DNA of 64,000 nt from an uncultured Solirubrobacteraceae bacterium (GCA_963723265.1 CAVRPY010000004.1:167063-231062), one strand, 5' to 3'. Shown: positions 1 through 14,361, counted from the first letter of the stretch. Notes: a model not told the origin generated them from the sequence alone. Translations and numbers: made by a program.

Positions 1-3374
<3,374 letters not shown>

Positions 3375-3378
<4 letters not shown>

Positions 3379-4078
3379 CGGTTCTCGGGACAGTTCGTAG
3401 AGGGCGACCGTCGCGGCCATGGCCGCGTTCAGCGATTCGGAGGCGATCGGGATGTGGGCGACGCGCGTCGCATGCTGCCACGACCTCGCTCGGGCAGCCC
3501 CTCCCGCTCGGCGCCGACGAGGACGGTGACGGCACCGGACGGCGCACCGCGCAGCGGCTCTCCGGCCCGCGCCACGAGCGCGACGGTCTCGCCCGGGCAG
3601 CTCGGCGACGGTCTCCACGCGGACGACCGGCAGCTCGAAGAGGCGCGCCCATCGAGGCGCGCACCGCCTTGGGGCCGTAGGGGTCGGCGCAGCCGGGGCC
3701 CGAGCGCGACGCAGGCCGGCGCCGAAGGCCCGGGCGGAGCGCAGCACGGTGCCGACGTTGCCGGGATCGCGCACGCCCCACAGCGTCGACGCAGCAGCGG
3801 CCCCGCGGCCGCTGCGCCCAGCGCTCGCGATAGACGGCCGAGCGCCCGCGTGCCCGAGCCCAGCTGCGAGACGCCGGCGAGCAGCGCCCGGCTCGACCTC
3901 CGTGCCGGCCGAGGCCGCTGCCGGCGGCGACGTAGCGCTCCAGCGGCTCCCAGCCGGCGGCGTCGGCGGCGGCCAGCAGGTCCTCGCCCTCGGCGACGAA
4001 GCGGCCCGTCCGGCGCACGCTCGCGAGCGCGGCGGCAGCGGACTCCTTGAGCTTGTCGTTGTGGGAGCTGGTGATCAT
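3375..4078 (-). CDS. TrmH/SpoU-family RNA methyltransferase (frameshifted)
   Basis: MITSSHNDKLK, FVAEG, RDPGNVGTVLRSA, KAVRASMG, ESLNAAMAATVALYE; usual position between rplT and pheS. Confidence 0.85.
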
Positions 4079-4087
4079 CGTCGGGGC

Positions 4088-4122
4088 AACAAAAAGGGCG
4101 CCGTCGCTGTCGAGCGGCGCCC
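4088..4122 (-). terminator. Rho-independent terminator after rplT
   Basis: Minus strand GGGCGCCG-loop-CGGCGCCC followed by TTTTTGTT. Confidence 0.75.
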
Positions 4123-4154
4123 GTCGAGGTCCTGCGGTGTCGTTCTGTCTGCGC

Positions 4155-4516
4155 TCAGGCGCAGCCGACGCCTCGCGGGCGGCATCGGCGAAACGTCGGA
4201 AGGTGTCGGCGTCACGCACGGCGATGTCGGCCAGGACCTTGCGGTCCAGCTCGATGCCGGCCAGCTTGAGCCCGTGCATGAACTGGCCGTAGCTCATGCC
4301 GTTCTGGCGTGCGGCGGCGTTGATGCGGGTGATCCACAGGCGGCGGAAGTCGCGCTTGCGGTTGCGGCGGTCGCGGTAGGCGTAGGAGTCGGCCTTGATC
4401 AGCGCTTCCTTGGCCCGCTTGTAGTTCGAGTTGGCCTCGCCCCGGTAGCCCTTGGCCCGCTCGAGCGTGGCGCGGCGCTTCTTGCGCGCGTGGACGCTGC
4501 GCTTGACCCGGCTCAC
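4155..4516 (-). CDS. rplT: 50S ribosomal protein L20
   Basis: MSRVKRSVHARKKRR...YAYRDRRNRKRDFRRLWITRINAAAR...LDRKVLADIAV; the stop near 4155 is inferred because an indel near the 3' end lets the ORF run on. Confidence 0.95.
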
Positions 4517-4713
4517 TTGCCTGCCCCCAGCAGCTTCTTGACGCGCGGCGCGTCGTGGTCGCTGAGGATGACGGGCTCACCCAGGCGCCGCTTCCGCTTG
4601 GCGTACTTCTTCTCCAGGATGTGGCTGGTGTAGCCGTGGCGGGCCTTGACCTTGCCCTTGGCGGTCACCTTGAAGCGCTTCTTCGCGCCCGAGTGGGTCT
4701 TCATCTTCGGCAT
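4513..4713 (-). CDS. rpmI: 50S ribosomal protein L35
   Basis: MPKMKTHSGAKKRFKVTAKGK...HILEKK. Confidence 0.97.
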   Translation of the reverse strand: MPKMKTHSGAKKRFKVTAKGKVKARHGYTSHILEKKYAKRKRRLGEPVILSDHDAPRVKKLLGAGK

Positions 4714-4773
4714 GAGCGGCTACGCAGTGTAGCGGCCCGACTCCCCAGCCCGTACGCGGCCGGCCCGACGGGG

Positions 4774-5409
4774 CTAGGACTTGCTCGACTTGGCCTCGGA
4801 CCCGCGACTCGGACTCGTCGCTCGCGGCCGCTGCCGTTGCCGTCGTACTCGCCTGACAGCACGGCCTTGGACGGGCCGAGCATCATCGTCATGTTGCGCC
4901 CGTCCTGGGTCGGGCGCTGCTCGACGACGGCGAGGTCGGAGAGCTCCTCGGCCAGGCGCTCGAGCAGCATCGCTCCGCGCTCGGGATGCGTGACCTCACG
5001 CCCGCGGAACATGATCGTGATCTTGACCTTGTCCTTGTGCCTGAGGAAGCGATCGACGTGACCCTTCTTGGTGTCGTAGTCGTTCTGCGCGATCTTCGGG
5101 CGGAACTTGATCTCGCGGATCGTGATCTGCTGCTGGTGCTTGCGCGCCGGCTTCTGCTTCTGGGCCTGCTCGTACTTGTACTTGGAGTAGTCGAGCACGC
5201 GGCACGACCGGCGGGCGCGCGTCAGCGGCCACCTCGACCAGGTCGAGGTCGCGTTCCTGCGCGTAGCGCAGCGCATCGTCGGTGCGCATGACACCGACCT
5301 GCTGACCCTGCTCGTCGATCAGGCGTACTTCCGGCACCCGGATCCGCTCGTTGATCCGGGTCGTGTCTCGCTCCGGCGGGCGCCGGTCGAACCTACGGGG
5401 AATCGGCAA
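4774..5409 (-). CDS. infC: Translation initiation factor IF-3 (frameshift near 5200; start TTG 5409 or in-frame ATT 5403)
   Basis: [50 protein letters not shown]; 3' end approximate. Confidence 0.93.
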
Positions 5410-5456
5410 CGTCTAGGAGCGGCCGTTATGCGTGTAAGGCTTCAACGTCATCCAGT

Positions 5457-7375
5457 CTAGCGGGCCGGCCGATCAGCGGTGACACGTCGCGCGAAGGCCT
5501 CCGCGGACTCGCTGCCGAGGTCGCCCTCGCCGTGGCGGCGGACGGCCACGACGCCCTCGGCGACCTCGCGGTCGCCGACCACCAGCATGTAGGGCACCTT
5601 CTGAGCTCGGCCTCGCGGATACGCCGCCCGATCGACTCCGAGCGGTCGTCGACCTCGACGCGCACGCCCATCCCGGCCAGGCGCGCGGCCAGCGCGTGCG
5701 GCCGCCTCGGCGTGGCGGTCGGAGATCGGCAGCACCTGCGCCTGCACCGGGCGCCAGCCACAGCGGGAACTCGCCCGCGTAGTGCTCGATGAGGATCCCG
5801 ATGAAGCGCTCGAAGGAGCCCATCAGCGCGCGGTGGATCATCACCGACGCGGTGCTCGGCGTTGTCGGCGCCGGTGTAGGTCAGGTCGAAGCGCTCGGGC
5901 AAGTTGTAGTCCAGCTGCACGGTGCCCAGCTGCCAGGAGCGGCCGAGCGAGTCGGTCATGTGCAGGTCGATCTTGGGCCCGTAGAAGGCGCCGTCGCCCT
6001 CGTTGACGTCGTAGGGCAGCCCGCGCTCGTCGAGGGCGCGCTCCAGCAGCGCCCTCCGCGTGGTCCCACAGCTCGTCGGTGCCGATGCGCTGCTCAGGCC
6101 GCGTCGACAGCTCGAGCTCGACCTCGAAGCCGAACAGCCCGTAGGTGGCGAACGCGAGGTCCAGGCAGGCGACGATCTCGTCGTGGACCTGCTCCTCGGT
6201 GCAGAAGATGTGGGCGTCGTCCTGCATGAAGTGGCGCACGCGCAGCAGGCCGTGCAGCGTGCCGCGACGGCTCGTTGCGGTGCAGCAGCCCCGGCTCGCT
6301 GTAGCGGACCGGCAGGTCGCGGTAGGAGCACCGTCTGCGCTTGAACAGCTGGCAGTGGCCGGGGCAGTTCATCGGCTTGAGCGCCATCTGGCGCCCCTCG
6401 GCCTCGGTGACGAACATGTTCTCGCGGTACTTGTCCCAGTGACCGGAGGTCTTCCACAGCTGCGAGTCGTAGATCTGCGGCGTCTTGACCTCGGTGTAGC
6501 CGGCCCGTCCGGCCATCTCCCGCGACACGCCGATCAGCTCGTTAACAGGTGCGTGCCCTTGCGGCAGCCAGAAGGCGCTGCCCGGGCTGGTCTCCGAGAA
6601 CTGGAACAGCTCGAGCTCGCGGCCGAGCTTGCGGTGGTCGCGCGCGCGGGCCTCCTCCAGGCGCTGCAGGTGCGCCTCCAGCTCCTCCTTGGACAGGAAC
6701 GCGGTGCCGTAGACGCGGGTCAGCATCTGGCGGTTGGCGTCGCCGCGCCAGTACGCGCCCGCGACCGACTGCAGCTTGACGCGCCTTGACCGACTCGTCG
6801 TCGGCGCGTGCGGTCCGCGGCACAGGTCGACGAATGCGCCGTTGGTGTACAGGCCGACGGTCTGCACGCCCTGGTCGCGGATCAGGTCCTCGATCAGCTC
6901 GACCTTGTAGGGCTGGTCCTCGGCGCGGAAGCGCTCCAGCGCCTCCTCGCACGGGCACGTCCTGGCGGGTGAACGGCTCGGCCGCCTTGATGTGCTCGGC
7001 CATCCTGGCCTCGACCCGCGGGAAGTCGGCCTCGCTGAAGTGCGTCCCCTCGGGAAACTCGAAGTCGTAGTAGAAGCCGTCCTCGATCGGTGGCCCGATC
7101 GAGATCCGCACGCCCGGATACAGCTCCAGCATCGCCTCGGCCAGCACGTGGGCGGCGTCGTGGCGGATCAGCTCCAGCGCCTCTGGCGAGCGGGCGGTGA
7201 CGACCTCCAGGCGGGCGCCGTCGGTCAACGGCGCCGACAGGTCGCGCAGCTGGCCGTCGACCTTCACCGCCAGCGCAGCGCGGGCCAGCCCGGCACCGAT
7301 GGCGGCGGCCGCGTCGGCACCGGTGGCGCCGTCCGAGAGCGTCAGCTGGGTTCCGTCCGGGAGCGAGACCTGCAT
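5457..7375 (-). CDS. thrS: Threonine--tRNA ligase (multiple indels)
   Basis: TGS start [74 protein letters not shown]. Confidence 0.96.
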
Positions 7376-7540
7376 GCGGCGGCTGATCGTATCCGGCGAA
7401 CGCGCGTTCGCGAGGTTGCTACCGTGATGGCTCCGGCGCCGGTCGCCTGGAGCGTGTTCTTCCTTCCGCTTCGCTGCCGCGCGCCGCTCCCCCGCCCCCG
7501 ACCCCCGGCCCCGCCCTGCACCCGTGCGGGCGCCCTTCTC

Positions 7541-8044
7541 ATGTCGACCACTCTCCGTTCTCTCACCGTCGTCGGCGCGAGCGCGATCCTCGCCTCGCCC
7601 GCCGCCGTCGCGCTGGCCGACTCGCCCGCCGACGATGCCCTCGACCCCGTCCCCGCCGTGTCGCTGGAGACCGCGACCACGCCCACGGTCGCCCGCGACG
7701 CCCCGATCGGCGACACGCTGCGGCTGTATGCGCGCGGTCTGCGCACCGAGCGCCGGCTGGCCCACCAGCGCCGCGAGCGCCACCAGCGCCGGGCCGCCCG
7801 TGCCGCGGCCGCCCGGCCGACCGGCGCGCTGGCCGCGATCGCCCAGTGCGAGTCCGGCGGCGACCCGCACGCGATCGGCGGCGGCGGGACCTACCGCGGG
7901 ATGTACCAGTTCTCGTACGCCACCTGGGCCGCCGTCGGCGGCAGCGGCGACCCGGCGCAGGCCTCGGTGGCCGAGCAGACCAAGCGGGCGCAGATTCTCT
8001 ACGACCGGGCCGGGCCCTCGCAGTGGCCCATCTGCGGTCAGTAG
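7541..8044 (+). CDS. Secreted resuscitation-promoting-factor (Rpf)-like lytic transglycosylase
   Basis: Signal peptide, then IAQCESGG...YRGMYQF...TW...EQ...QWPICG Rpf domain. Confidence 0.88.
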   Translation: MSTTLRSLTVVGASAILASPAAVALADSPADDALDPVPAVSLETATTPTVARDAPIGDTLRLYARGLRTERRLAHQRRERHQRRAARAAAARPTGALAAIAQCESGGDPHAIGGGGTYRGMYQFSYATWAAVGGSGDPAQASVAEQTKRAQILYDRAGPSQWPICGQ

Positions 8045-8060
8045 GTACGGTTCGCGGGCC

Positions 8061-9152
8061 ATGTCGCTCGCCTCGCTCCGCTCCGCCTTTCCCGTCCTCG
8101 AAGAGGTCGCCTACCTGAACTCCGGCACGTGCGGCCCCGTCGCCGCGGCCTCCGTCGAGGCCGCGCGCGAGGAGCTGCACATCGCTGCGACCGAGGGTCG
8201 GGCGCGCAACTACTACGAGCGCGTCATCGACCTGCACGGCCATCTGCGCTCGATCTACGCGACGCAGCTGGGTGCGGCCGACCTGCACGACGTCGCGCTG
8301 ACGTCGTGCACGAGCGAGGGACTCGTGCGCGTGCTCGCCGGGCTCGACCTCGGCCCCGAGGACGACATCGTCACCTCCACCGAGGAGCACCCCGGGCTGC
8401 TGGGGCCGCTGGCCAATCTGCGCAGTCGCTTCGGGGTGCACGTGCGGACCGTGCCCTTCGACGAGGTGGCCGAGGCGGTCGGTCCGAGCACCCGGCTCGT
8501 GGCCTGCTCGCACGTCAGCTGGGTCGACGGGCGCGTCGCCCCCGCCGCGCTGCGCGACGTCGCCGCCTCCGGGGTCCCGGTCCTGCTGGACGGCGCCCAG
8601 GGCGTCGGCGCGGTCCCGGTCGACGTGCAGGAGCTCGGATGCAGCTTCTACGCCGGCTCGGGCCAGAAGTGGATGTGCGGGCCGATCGGCACCGGGATGC
8701 TGTGGGTCTCGCCGGCGTGGCGCGAGCGGCTGCCGGCGATCGGGCCGATCTACATGAACCTGGCCGACGCATCGGCGGGCCTGGATGCGGTCCCCCACCC
8801 CGACGCGCGCCGCCACGACACCTTCACGATCAGCGCCGAGGCGGCCGCGTTCGCCGTCGCCGCGCACGAGACGCTGGCCGAGCACGGCGGCTGGGAGGCC
8901 GCCCAGGAGCAGGCCGCCCAGCGGGCCGCCGGCCTGGCCGACGCGCTGCGCGAGCGCGGTCGCGAGGTGCTCGACCGCGGCCGCACGACGCTCGTGGCCT
9001 GGCACGAGGACGACGCCGCCGGGTTCGTCCAGCGCGCGGCCGCCCATCGGGTCGTCGTCCGCGACCTGCCCGGCCGCGACGTGGTCCGCGCCTCGGTGGG
9101 CGCCTGGAACGACGAGACCGACCTCGACCGACTGCTGGCGCTGATCGACTGA
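8061..9152 (+). CDS. Class V PLP-dependent aminotransferase / C-S lyase
   Basis: YLNSG, EEHP, SHVSW, LLDGAQ, SGQKWMCGP (PLP lysine). Confidence 0.88.
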   Translation: MSLASLRSAFPVLEEVAYLNSGTCGPVAAASVEAAREELHIAATEGRARNYYERVIDLHGHLRSIYATQLGAADLHDVALTSCTSEGLVRVLAGLDLGPEDDIVTSTEEHPGLLGPLANLRSRFGVHVRTVPFDEVAEAVGPSTRLVACSHVSWVDGRVAPAALRDVAASGVPVLLDGAQGVGAVPVDVQELGCSFYAGSGQKWMCGPIGTGMLWVSPAWRERLPAIGPIYMNLADASAGLDAVPHPDARRHDTFTISAEAAAFAVAAHETLAEHGGWEAAQEQAAQRAAGLADALRERGREVLDRGRTTLVAWHEDDAAGFVQRAAAHRVVVRDLPGRDVVRASVGAWNDETDLDRLLALID

Positions 9153-9682
9153 TGGACGCCGACGTGGGCGTCCGCTCGGCGGCCCCCCAGGACGCCGCCG
9201 CGGTCGCGCGCATCTACAACCAGGGCATCGAGGATCGCGTCGCGACGTTCGAGACGCGCCCGCGCGCTCCCGCCGAGCTGGAGGCGCGGATCGCCGGCGG
9301 CGAGCCGATGATCGTCGCACAGCGCGGCGGTGCCGTGGTCGGCTTCGCCAGCTGGAGCCCGTACAGCGACCGCGCCGTCTATGCGGGCGTCGGCGTCTAC
9401 ACCGTCTACGTGGCGCGCGGCGCGCGTGGCGCGCGGATCGGCTCCTCGCTGCTGACGCGGCTGGTGGCCGATGCCGAGCGCGCCGGCCTGTGGAAGCTCC
9501 TGAGCCTGATCCTCACCACGAATGCCGCCTCGATCGCACTGGCCCACCACTGCGGCTTCCGCGACGTGGGCGTGCAGCGCCGCCACGCCCAGCTGGACGG
9601 CGAGTGGCGCGACGTGCTGCTCGTCGAGCGGCTGATCGGCGCGGCCGCGGGCGACCTGCCGCACGCGGCAGACCGGACGTAG
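9152..9682 (+). CDS. GNAT N-acetyltransferase (phosphinothricin acetyltransferase/ArsN-like)
   Basis: IYNQGIEDRVATFET, VYVARGARGARIG, NAASIALAHHCGF, GEWRDV. Confidence 0.85.
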   Translation: MDADVGVRSAAPQDAAAVARIYNQGIEDRVATFETRPRAPAELEARIAGGEPMIVAQRGGAVVGFASWSPYSDRAVYAGVGVYTVYVARGARGARIGSSLLTRLVADAERAGLWKLLSLILTTNAASIALAHHCGFRDVGVQRRHAQLDGEWRDVLLVERLIGAAAGDLPHAADRT

Positions 9683-9767
9683 TCGACCTGAGGTGCGCCA
9701 GCCATGCACGAGGTCGACCACGTCGGCACGGTGGCGAGCATCACGGACGGTCGGATCTGCGGATCCG

Positions 9768-10532
9768 TCAGGACGCCGGTGCCCCGCCGCGGCCGGCGCC
9801 CCGGGCGAAGCGCTGCGCGCCCTCGGCCCCCTCGCGCAGGGCGCCCACCCCCAGGCGCAGCTCGTTGGCCATCGCGGCCTCCAGCGACAGGCCGTCCTGC
9901 TCGTGGGCCGAGCGACGATCGCCCAGCAGTGCGCCCTGCGGGAAGCCGGCCAGCTCGGCGGCGAGCGCCTCGGCGGCCATGCGCGCCTCCCCCACCCCGA
10001 CGACGCGGTTGGCCAGGCCGATCGCGTGCGCCTCGCGCGCGTCGACCGGGCGGCCCGTGAGGATCAGGTCCAACGCACGGCTGAGGCCGACAGACGCGGC
10101 AGGCGCACCGTCCCGCCGTCGATCAGGGGCACGCCCCAGCGCCGGCAGAAGACGCCCAGCACGGCGTCCTCCTCGACGACGCGCAGGTCGCACCAGCAGG
10201 CCAGCTCCAGCCCGCCGGCGACCGCGTGGCCGCTGACCGCGGCGATCACCGGCTTGGACAGCGCCATCCGCGACGGGCCCATCGGCGCGTCGCCGTCGGG
10301 GCTGCACGCGGTTGGAGCGCTCCCCGCCGATGGCCTTGAGGTCGGCGCCGGCGCAGAACGTCCCGCCGGCACCCCACAGCACCGCGGCGCGCTGGTCGTC
10401 GTCGGCCTCGAAGGCACGGAACGCGTCGGCCAGCCCCGCGGCGGTCGGCCCGTCCACGGCGTTGCGTGCCGCCGGACGGTCGAGGATCACCGTCGTCACC
10501 GCGCCGTCGCGCTCGACGCGTACCTCGCTCAT
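9768..10532 (-). CDS. Enoyl-CoA hydratase/crotonase family protein (compensating frameshifts)
   Basis: RNAVD, FCAGADLK, KPVIAAVSGHAVAGGLELA, GVPLIDGGTVRLPR, ALDLILTGR. Confidence 0.88.
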   Translation of the reverse strand: MSEVRVERDGAVTTVILDRPAARNAVDGPTAAGLADAFRAFEADDDQRAAVLWGAGGTFCAGADLKAIGGERSNRVQPRRRRADGPVADGAVQAGDRRGQRPRGRRRAGAGLLVRPARRRGGRRAGRLLPALGRAPDRRRDGAPAASVGLSRALDLILTGRPVDAREAHAIGLANRVVGVGEARMAAEALAAELAGFPQGALLGDRRSAHEQDGLSLEAAMANELRLGVGALREGAEGAQRFARGAGRGGAPAS

Positions 10533-10549
10533 GGGCCAGTTCTACCGGG

Positions 10550-11854
10550 TCAGCGGCGGTGGCGCTCGGCCACCTGGCGCAGCGCGGTGATCGACGAGCT
10601 GCCGGTCAGGTACAGCTTCTGGCCGTCGCTGGTGATCGGGTCGTAGGCGCCCGTGCTGCGCCGGAAGCGCACCTTGCCTCCCTGGGTGCCCAGGCCGATC
10701 GTCGAGCGCGACGAGAGGTTGGCGAAGTAGACGACGTTGCCGACGACCGTCGCGCCGCCGGAGATGTGGCCGCCCGCGTCGTAGCGCCAGCGCACGTCGC
10801 CGGTGCGCGCGTCGAAGGCGTAGAAGCCGCCGTCGTAGGAGCCGACGAACACCGTCGGGCCGACCTTGCGCACGTCGTCGACCGCCGCCGACGCGTACAC
10901 GTAGCCGCCGGTCTGGTGCGCCCACGCCAGGTCGCCGCTGTGGGCCGAGAACGAGTACTCGCGACCGTCGGTGTTGCCGATGTACACGCGCCCGAAGGCG
11001 ACCGCGGGCGTCGCGTAGAAGTTGCCGGCGCTGCCGCCGCTGGTGCGCCACACGAGCTTGCCGGTGTCGGCGTGGATCGCCTGCACCTGGCCCCCGTAGT
11101 TGCCGAAGTACAGCTTGCCGTCCGAGAAGGCCGGGCTGCCCTTGATGGCTCCGGAGGCGTGGTAGGTCCACAGCTGGCGGCCGCTGCGCTTGTCCAGCGC
11201 GTACAGCGTGCCGTCCTCGGAGCCGAAGTAGATGCGGTTGCCGATCACCAGCGGCGAGGACTCCGTGCGGCTGGGCAGCGCCTTGGCCCAGCGGATGCGC
11301 CCGTTGCGGGGGTTCATGGCCAGCACCTTCCCGCGCCCCGAGCCGCGCTTGTCCTCGAGGATGGCGACGTAGAGCGAGCGGGCGTCGATCGCCGGCGAGC
11401 TGGCGGCCAGCGCCCCCACGCGCCGGCCCCAGCGGCGCTTGCCGTTCCGGGCCCGAACCGCGACGACCAGCCCGTCGTCGACGACCTGGTAGAGCATGCC
11501 GTCGCGGATCACCGGACCGAACTCGGTCAGCGCCTTGACCTGGTGCACCCAGGCCCGGCGCCACGGCCCGTCCAGCGGGCGCGGCGGCTCGAAGGCGCGC
11601 GTGTGGGCGACCGTGTAGCCGTAGCGCGGCCAGTTGACCGTCTTGGGCTTGCGCTGGCGCTGCTTCTTCGTCGTGGCGGGTGGCAGCGTCTGCGTGGTCG
11701 CCGGCGCCGGCGCCTCGAACTCGACGTCCGGGTTGGAGACGTTGCCGGGCTTCTTGATGTGCAGCTCGTAGGCGGCGACGGCCGCGCCCGCCGCCAGCAG
11801 CAGCGCGGCCGCGAGCCCGATCAGCACCCAGCGGTTGCGCAGGAAGGGCGGCAC
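10550..11854 (-). CDS. Membrane-anchored PQQ-like (BamB-type) beta-propeller protein
   Basis: N-terminal TM segment; repeated SSP...YFGS.DG.LYALD..SG...W blades. Confidence 0.8.
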   Translation of the reverse strand: MPPFLRNRWVLIGLAAALLLAAGAAVAAYELHIKKPGNVSNPDVEFEAPAPATTQTLPPATTKKQRQRKPKTVNWPRYGYTVAHTRAFEPPRPLDGPWRRAWVHQVKALTEFGPVIRDGMLYQVVDDGLVVAVRARNGKRRWGRRVGALAASSPAIDARSLYVAILEDKRGSGRGKVLAMNPRNGRIRWAKALPSRTESSPLVIGNRIYFGSEDGTLYALDKRSGRQLWTYHASGAIKGSPAFSDGKLYFGNYGGQVQAIHADTGKLVWRTSGGSAGNFYATPAVAFGRVYIGNTDGREYSFSAHSGDLAWAHQTGGYVYASAAVDDVRKVGPTVFVGSYDGGFYAFDARTGDVRWRYDAGGHISGGATVVGNVVYFANLSSRSTIGLGTQGGKVRFRRSTGAYDPITSDGQKLYLTGSSSITALRQVAERHRR

Positions 11855-11898
11855 GAACGGCCCATGCTAGATCGGTGACGAGGCTACGATGCCGCCGC

Positions 11899-13029
11899 AT
11901 GCGTGGGCTGCGGACCGCCCTGTGGGCCTCGGCGGCCCTGATCGCCTGGACGCATGCCGGCTACCCGCTGGCCGCTGCCGCGCTGGCGTCGCGCCGCCGC
12001 GCCCGGCCGGCGCCCGAGCCGCCCGAGCCGCTGCCGTCGGTCACGCTGGTGGTCGCCGCCCACGACGAGGCGGCCGTCATCGCCGCGCGGGTGCGCGACG
12101 CGCTCGCCCTGGACTACCCCTCCGATCGCCTGGAGGTCGTCGTCACCCTCGACGGGTGCCGTGACGCGACCGGCGAGATCGCCCGGCGCGAGGGGGCGCG
12201 GGTGCTCGACAACCCGCGTGCCGGCAAGACGGCGGCCCAGGACGCCGCGGTGGCCGCCACCGACTCCGACCTCGTCGCCTTCTCGGACGCCAACGCCCGC
12301 TGGGAGCCCGATGCCCTGCGGCGGCTCGCGGCCCACTTCGCCGATCCCCAGGTCGGCTACGTGTGCGGCCGCCTGGCGCTCGTGGACCCTGACAGCGGCG
12401 CCAGCGTCGAGGGCCTGTACTGGCGCATGGAGCTGTGGCTGCGCGCCCAGGAGTCGCGGCTGGACTCGATCACCGCGGGCAACGGCGCGATCTACGCGGT
12501 GCGCCGCTCGGCCTACGTGCCCCTGTCAGGCGCCCACAGCCATGACATCGGGCTGCCCTTCCGCCTGCGCCGGGCCGGCCTGCTGGCCCTCTACGAGCCC
12601 GCCGCGGTGGCCAGCGAGCCGGCGGCGCCGAGCACGCAGGCCGAGTGGGAGCGCAAGGTGCGCATGCAGTCGCGCTCCTGGTACGACGTGCTACGCGGCG
12701 GGATGCTCGACCCGCGCGGCCTGCCGCCCGTGTACGTGCTCGAGCTGCTGTCGCACCGCCTGCTGCGCTACGCGACCGGGCCGCTGCACCTGGTCGTGGC
12801 GGGCTGCACGCTGGCGCTGGCGCCGAGCTCCCGCGCGGCCCGCGGCCTGCTGGCCGCCCACGCGGCGTGGCTGGCGCTGGCCGCCGCCGGCCGGCGGGGG
12901 GCCGGCGGGCGCGCCGGGGCGCTGGCCTGGTACTACCTGGTGGTGACCGCGGCGTCGGCCGCCGGGCTGGCGCGGATGCTGCGCGACGGGCCGCAGGCGA
13001 CGTGGACCGCGGTCGAGGGCACCCGATGA
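11899..13029 (+). CDS. Family 2 glycosyltransferase with TM helices
   Basis: LVVAAHDE, GK, FSDAN, AGNGAIYAVRR; TACGAT -10 element just upstream of ATG 11899. Confidence 0.85.
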   Translation: MRGLRTALWASAALIAWTHAGYPLAAAALASRRRARPAPEPPEPLPSVTLVVAAHDEAAVIAARVRDALALDYPSDRLEVVVTLDGCRDATGEIARREGARVLDNPRAGKTAAQDAAVAATDSDLVAFSDANARWEPDALRRLAAHFADPQVGYVCGRLALVDPDSGASVEGLYWRMELWLRAQESRLDSITAGNGAIYAVRRSAYVPLSGAHSHDIGLPFRLRRAGLLALYEPAAVASEPAAPSTQAEWERKVRMQSRSWYDVLRGGMLDPRGLPPVYVLELLSHRLLRYATGPLHLVVAGCTLALAPSSRAARGLLAAHAAWLALAAAGRRGAGGRAGALAWYYLVVTAASAAGLARMLRDGPQATWTAVEGTR

Positions 13030-13682
13030 CGTTCGAGCTCACCAAGCGCGCGATGGACCTGGCGATCGCCTGCGCCGTCGCCGTGGTCGTGCTGCCGCTG
13101 ATGGCGATCATCGCGCTGGTCATCCGCCTGGACAGCCGCGGGCCGGCGCTGCTGCGCCAGTCGCGCGTGGGCCGCCACGGCGAGGACTTCGAGCTGCTCA
13201 AGTTCCGCACCATGGTGGTCGGCGCGCACGCGATGGGCAGCGGCTGGCTGGTGGCCGAGCGCGATCCGCGCATCACGCGCGTTGGCCACTTCCTGCGGCG
13301 CTGGTCGCTGGACGAGCTGCCGCAGCTGTTCAACGTGCTGCGCGGCGACATGAGCATCGTCGGCCCCCGCCCCACGCTGCGCTACCAGGTCGAGCAGTAC
13401 AGCGACTTCCAGCGCCGCCGCCTGGAGGTGCCTCCAGGCATCACCGGATGGGCGCAGGTGCAGGGCCGCAACGACCTGCCCTGGCCGCAGCGCATCGAGC
13501 TGGACGTGTGGTACGTCGACCACCGCTCCCTGCGCCTGGAGCTGGAGATCCTGGCCCGCACGCTGCGGGTGCTGGCCACCCCCAGCGGGGTGTACAACGA
13601 GGCGCGCGGCGACTGGGGCGAGACCGTCGATCCGGCCGGCCACGCCGAGCCGCTGCACGACGCCCCGCCGAAGCGGGCCTAG
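13026..13682 (+). CDS. Bacterial sugar transferase (initiating phosphoglycosyl transferase, PglC/WcaJ C-terminal type)
   Basis: KRAMD, KFRTM, DPRITRVG.FLRRWSLDELPQLFNVLRGDMSIVGPRP, PGITGWAQV. Confidence 0.93.
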   Translation: MTFELTKRAMDLAIACAVAVVVLPLMAIIALVIRLDSRGPALLRQSRVGRHGEDFELLKFRTMVVGAHAMGSGWLVAERDPRITRVGHFLRRWSLDELPQLFNVLRGDMSIVGPRPTLRYQVEQYSDFQRRRLEVPPGITGWAQVQGRNDLPWPQRIELDVWYVDHRSLRLELEILARTLRVLATPSGVYNEARGDWGETVDPAGHAEPLHDAPPKRA

Positions 13683-14320
13683 CGAGCGGGGACGCCACGC
13701 ACGCGGGCGCCGGCGGCGACGGGCTCGACCACCACCGCCCCGGCGGCGACGAACGCGCCCGCGCCGACGTGCAGGTTCTCGATCACCACCGCGCCCATCC
13801 CGATGTGGGCGTCGGCGTCGACGCGGGTGCGCCCGCCGATCACCGCCCGTGGCCCCAGGTGGGCGCCCGAGCCCACGACGCAGTCGTGCTCGACGATCGC
13901 GCCGCTGTTGACGATCGCCCCGTTCTCCAGGACGGCGGCGGCGTTGACGACGGCCTGGGCCAGCACCTGGACGCCGGCGCCCAGCGTCGCGTGGGGCGAG
14001 ACCCAGGCGCTGGCGTGCACGATCGGCGGCAGCGCGAAGCCCAGCTGCATCAGCCGTTCGCGGGCGCTGCGGCGCGTGGCGCGGTCCACGACGCCGCCGA
14101 TCCCGACGAAGGCGTGCGCCACCCCGGCGACGCGATGGCCCTTGAGCGCGCCGGGATGCGTCTCGATCGGCACGCCCAGCAGCGCCTCGCCCGCGCGGGC
14201 GGAGTCGTCGTCGACGATCGCCACCACCTCGAAGCGCCCGGCGCTGCGCAGCGCGTCGAGCAACGAGGTGGCGTGGCCGCCGGCGCCGTAGCCGACGATG
14301 GGGACGACTGGCTCGGACAT
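13679..14320 (-). CDS. NeuD/PglD-family sugar O/N-acetyltransferase
   Basis: GYGAGGHA N-terminal domain, hexapeptide repeats, IVEHDC, GVPAR end. Confidence 0.88.
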   Translation of the reverse strand: MSEPVVPIVGYGAGGHATSLLDALRSAGRFEVVAIVDDDSARAGEALLGVPIETHPGALKGHRVAGVAHAFVGIGGVVDRATRRSARERLMQLGFALPPIVHASAWVSPHATLGAGVQVLAQAVVNAAAVLENGAIVNSGAIVEHDCVVGSGAHLGPRAVIGGRTRVDADAHIGMGAVVIENLHVGAGAFVAAGAVVVEPVAAGARVRGVPAR

Positions 14321-14361
14321 GCGCGCCCGAGCGTAACCCCTCCCCTAGACTCGTCCCGCTG

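Noticed and set aside
7376-7540. c-di-AMP (ydaO) riboswitch upstream of the rpf gene, or a T-box upstream of thrS
   Set aside because: I could not find the conserved motifs of either element, and the spacer is short and shared by divergent genes.
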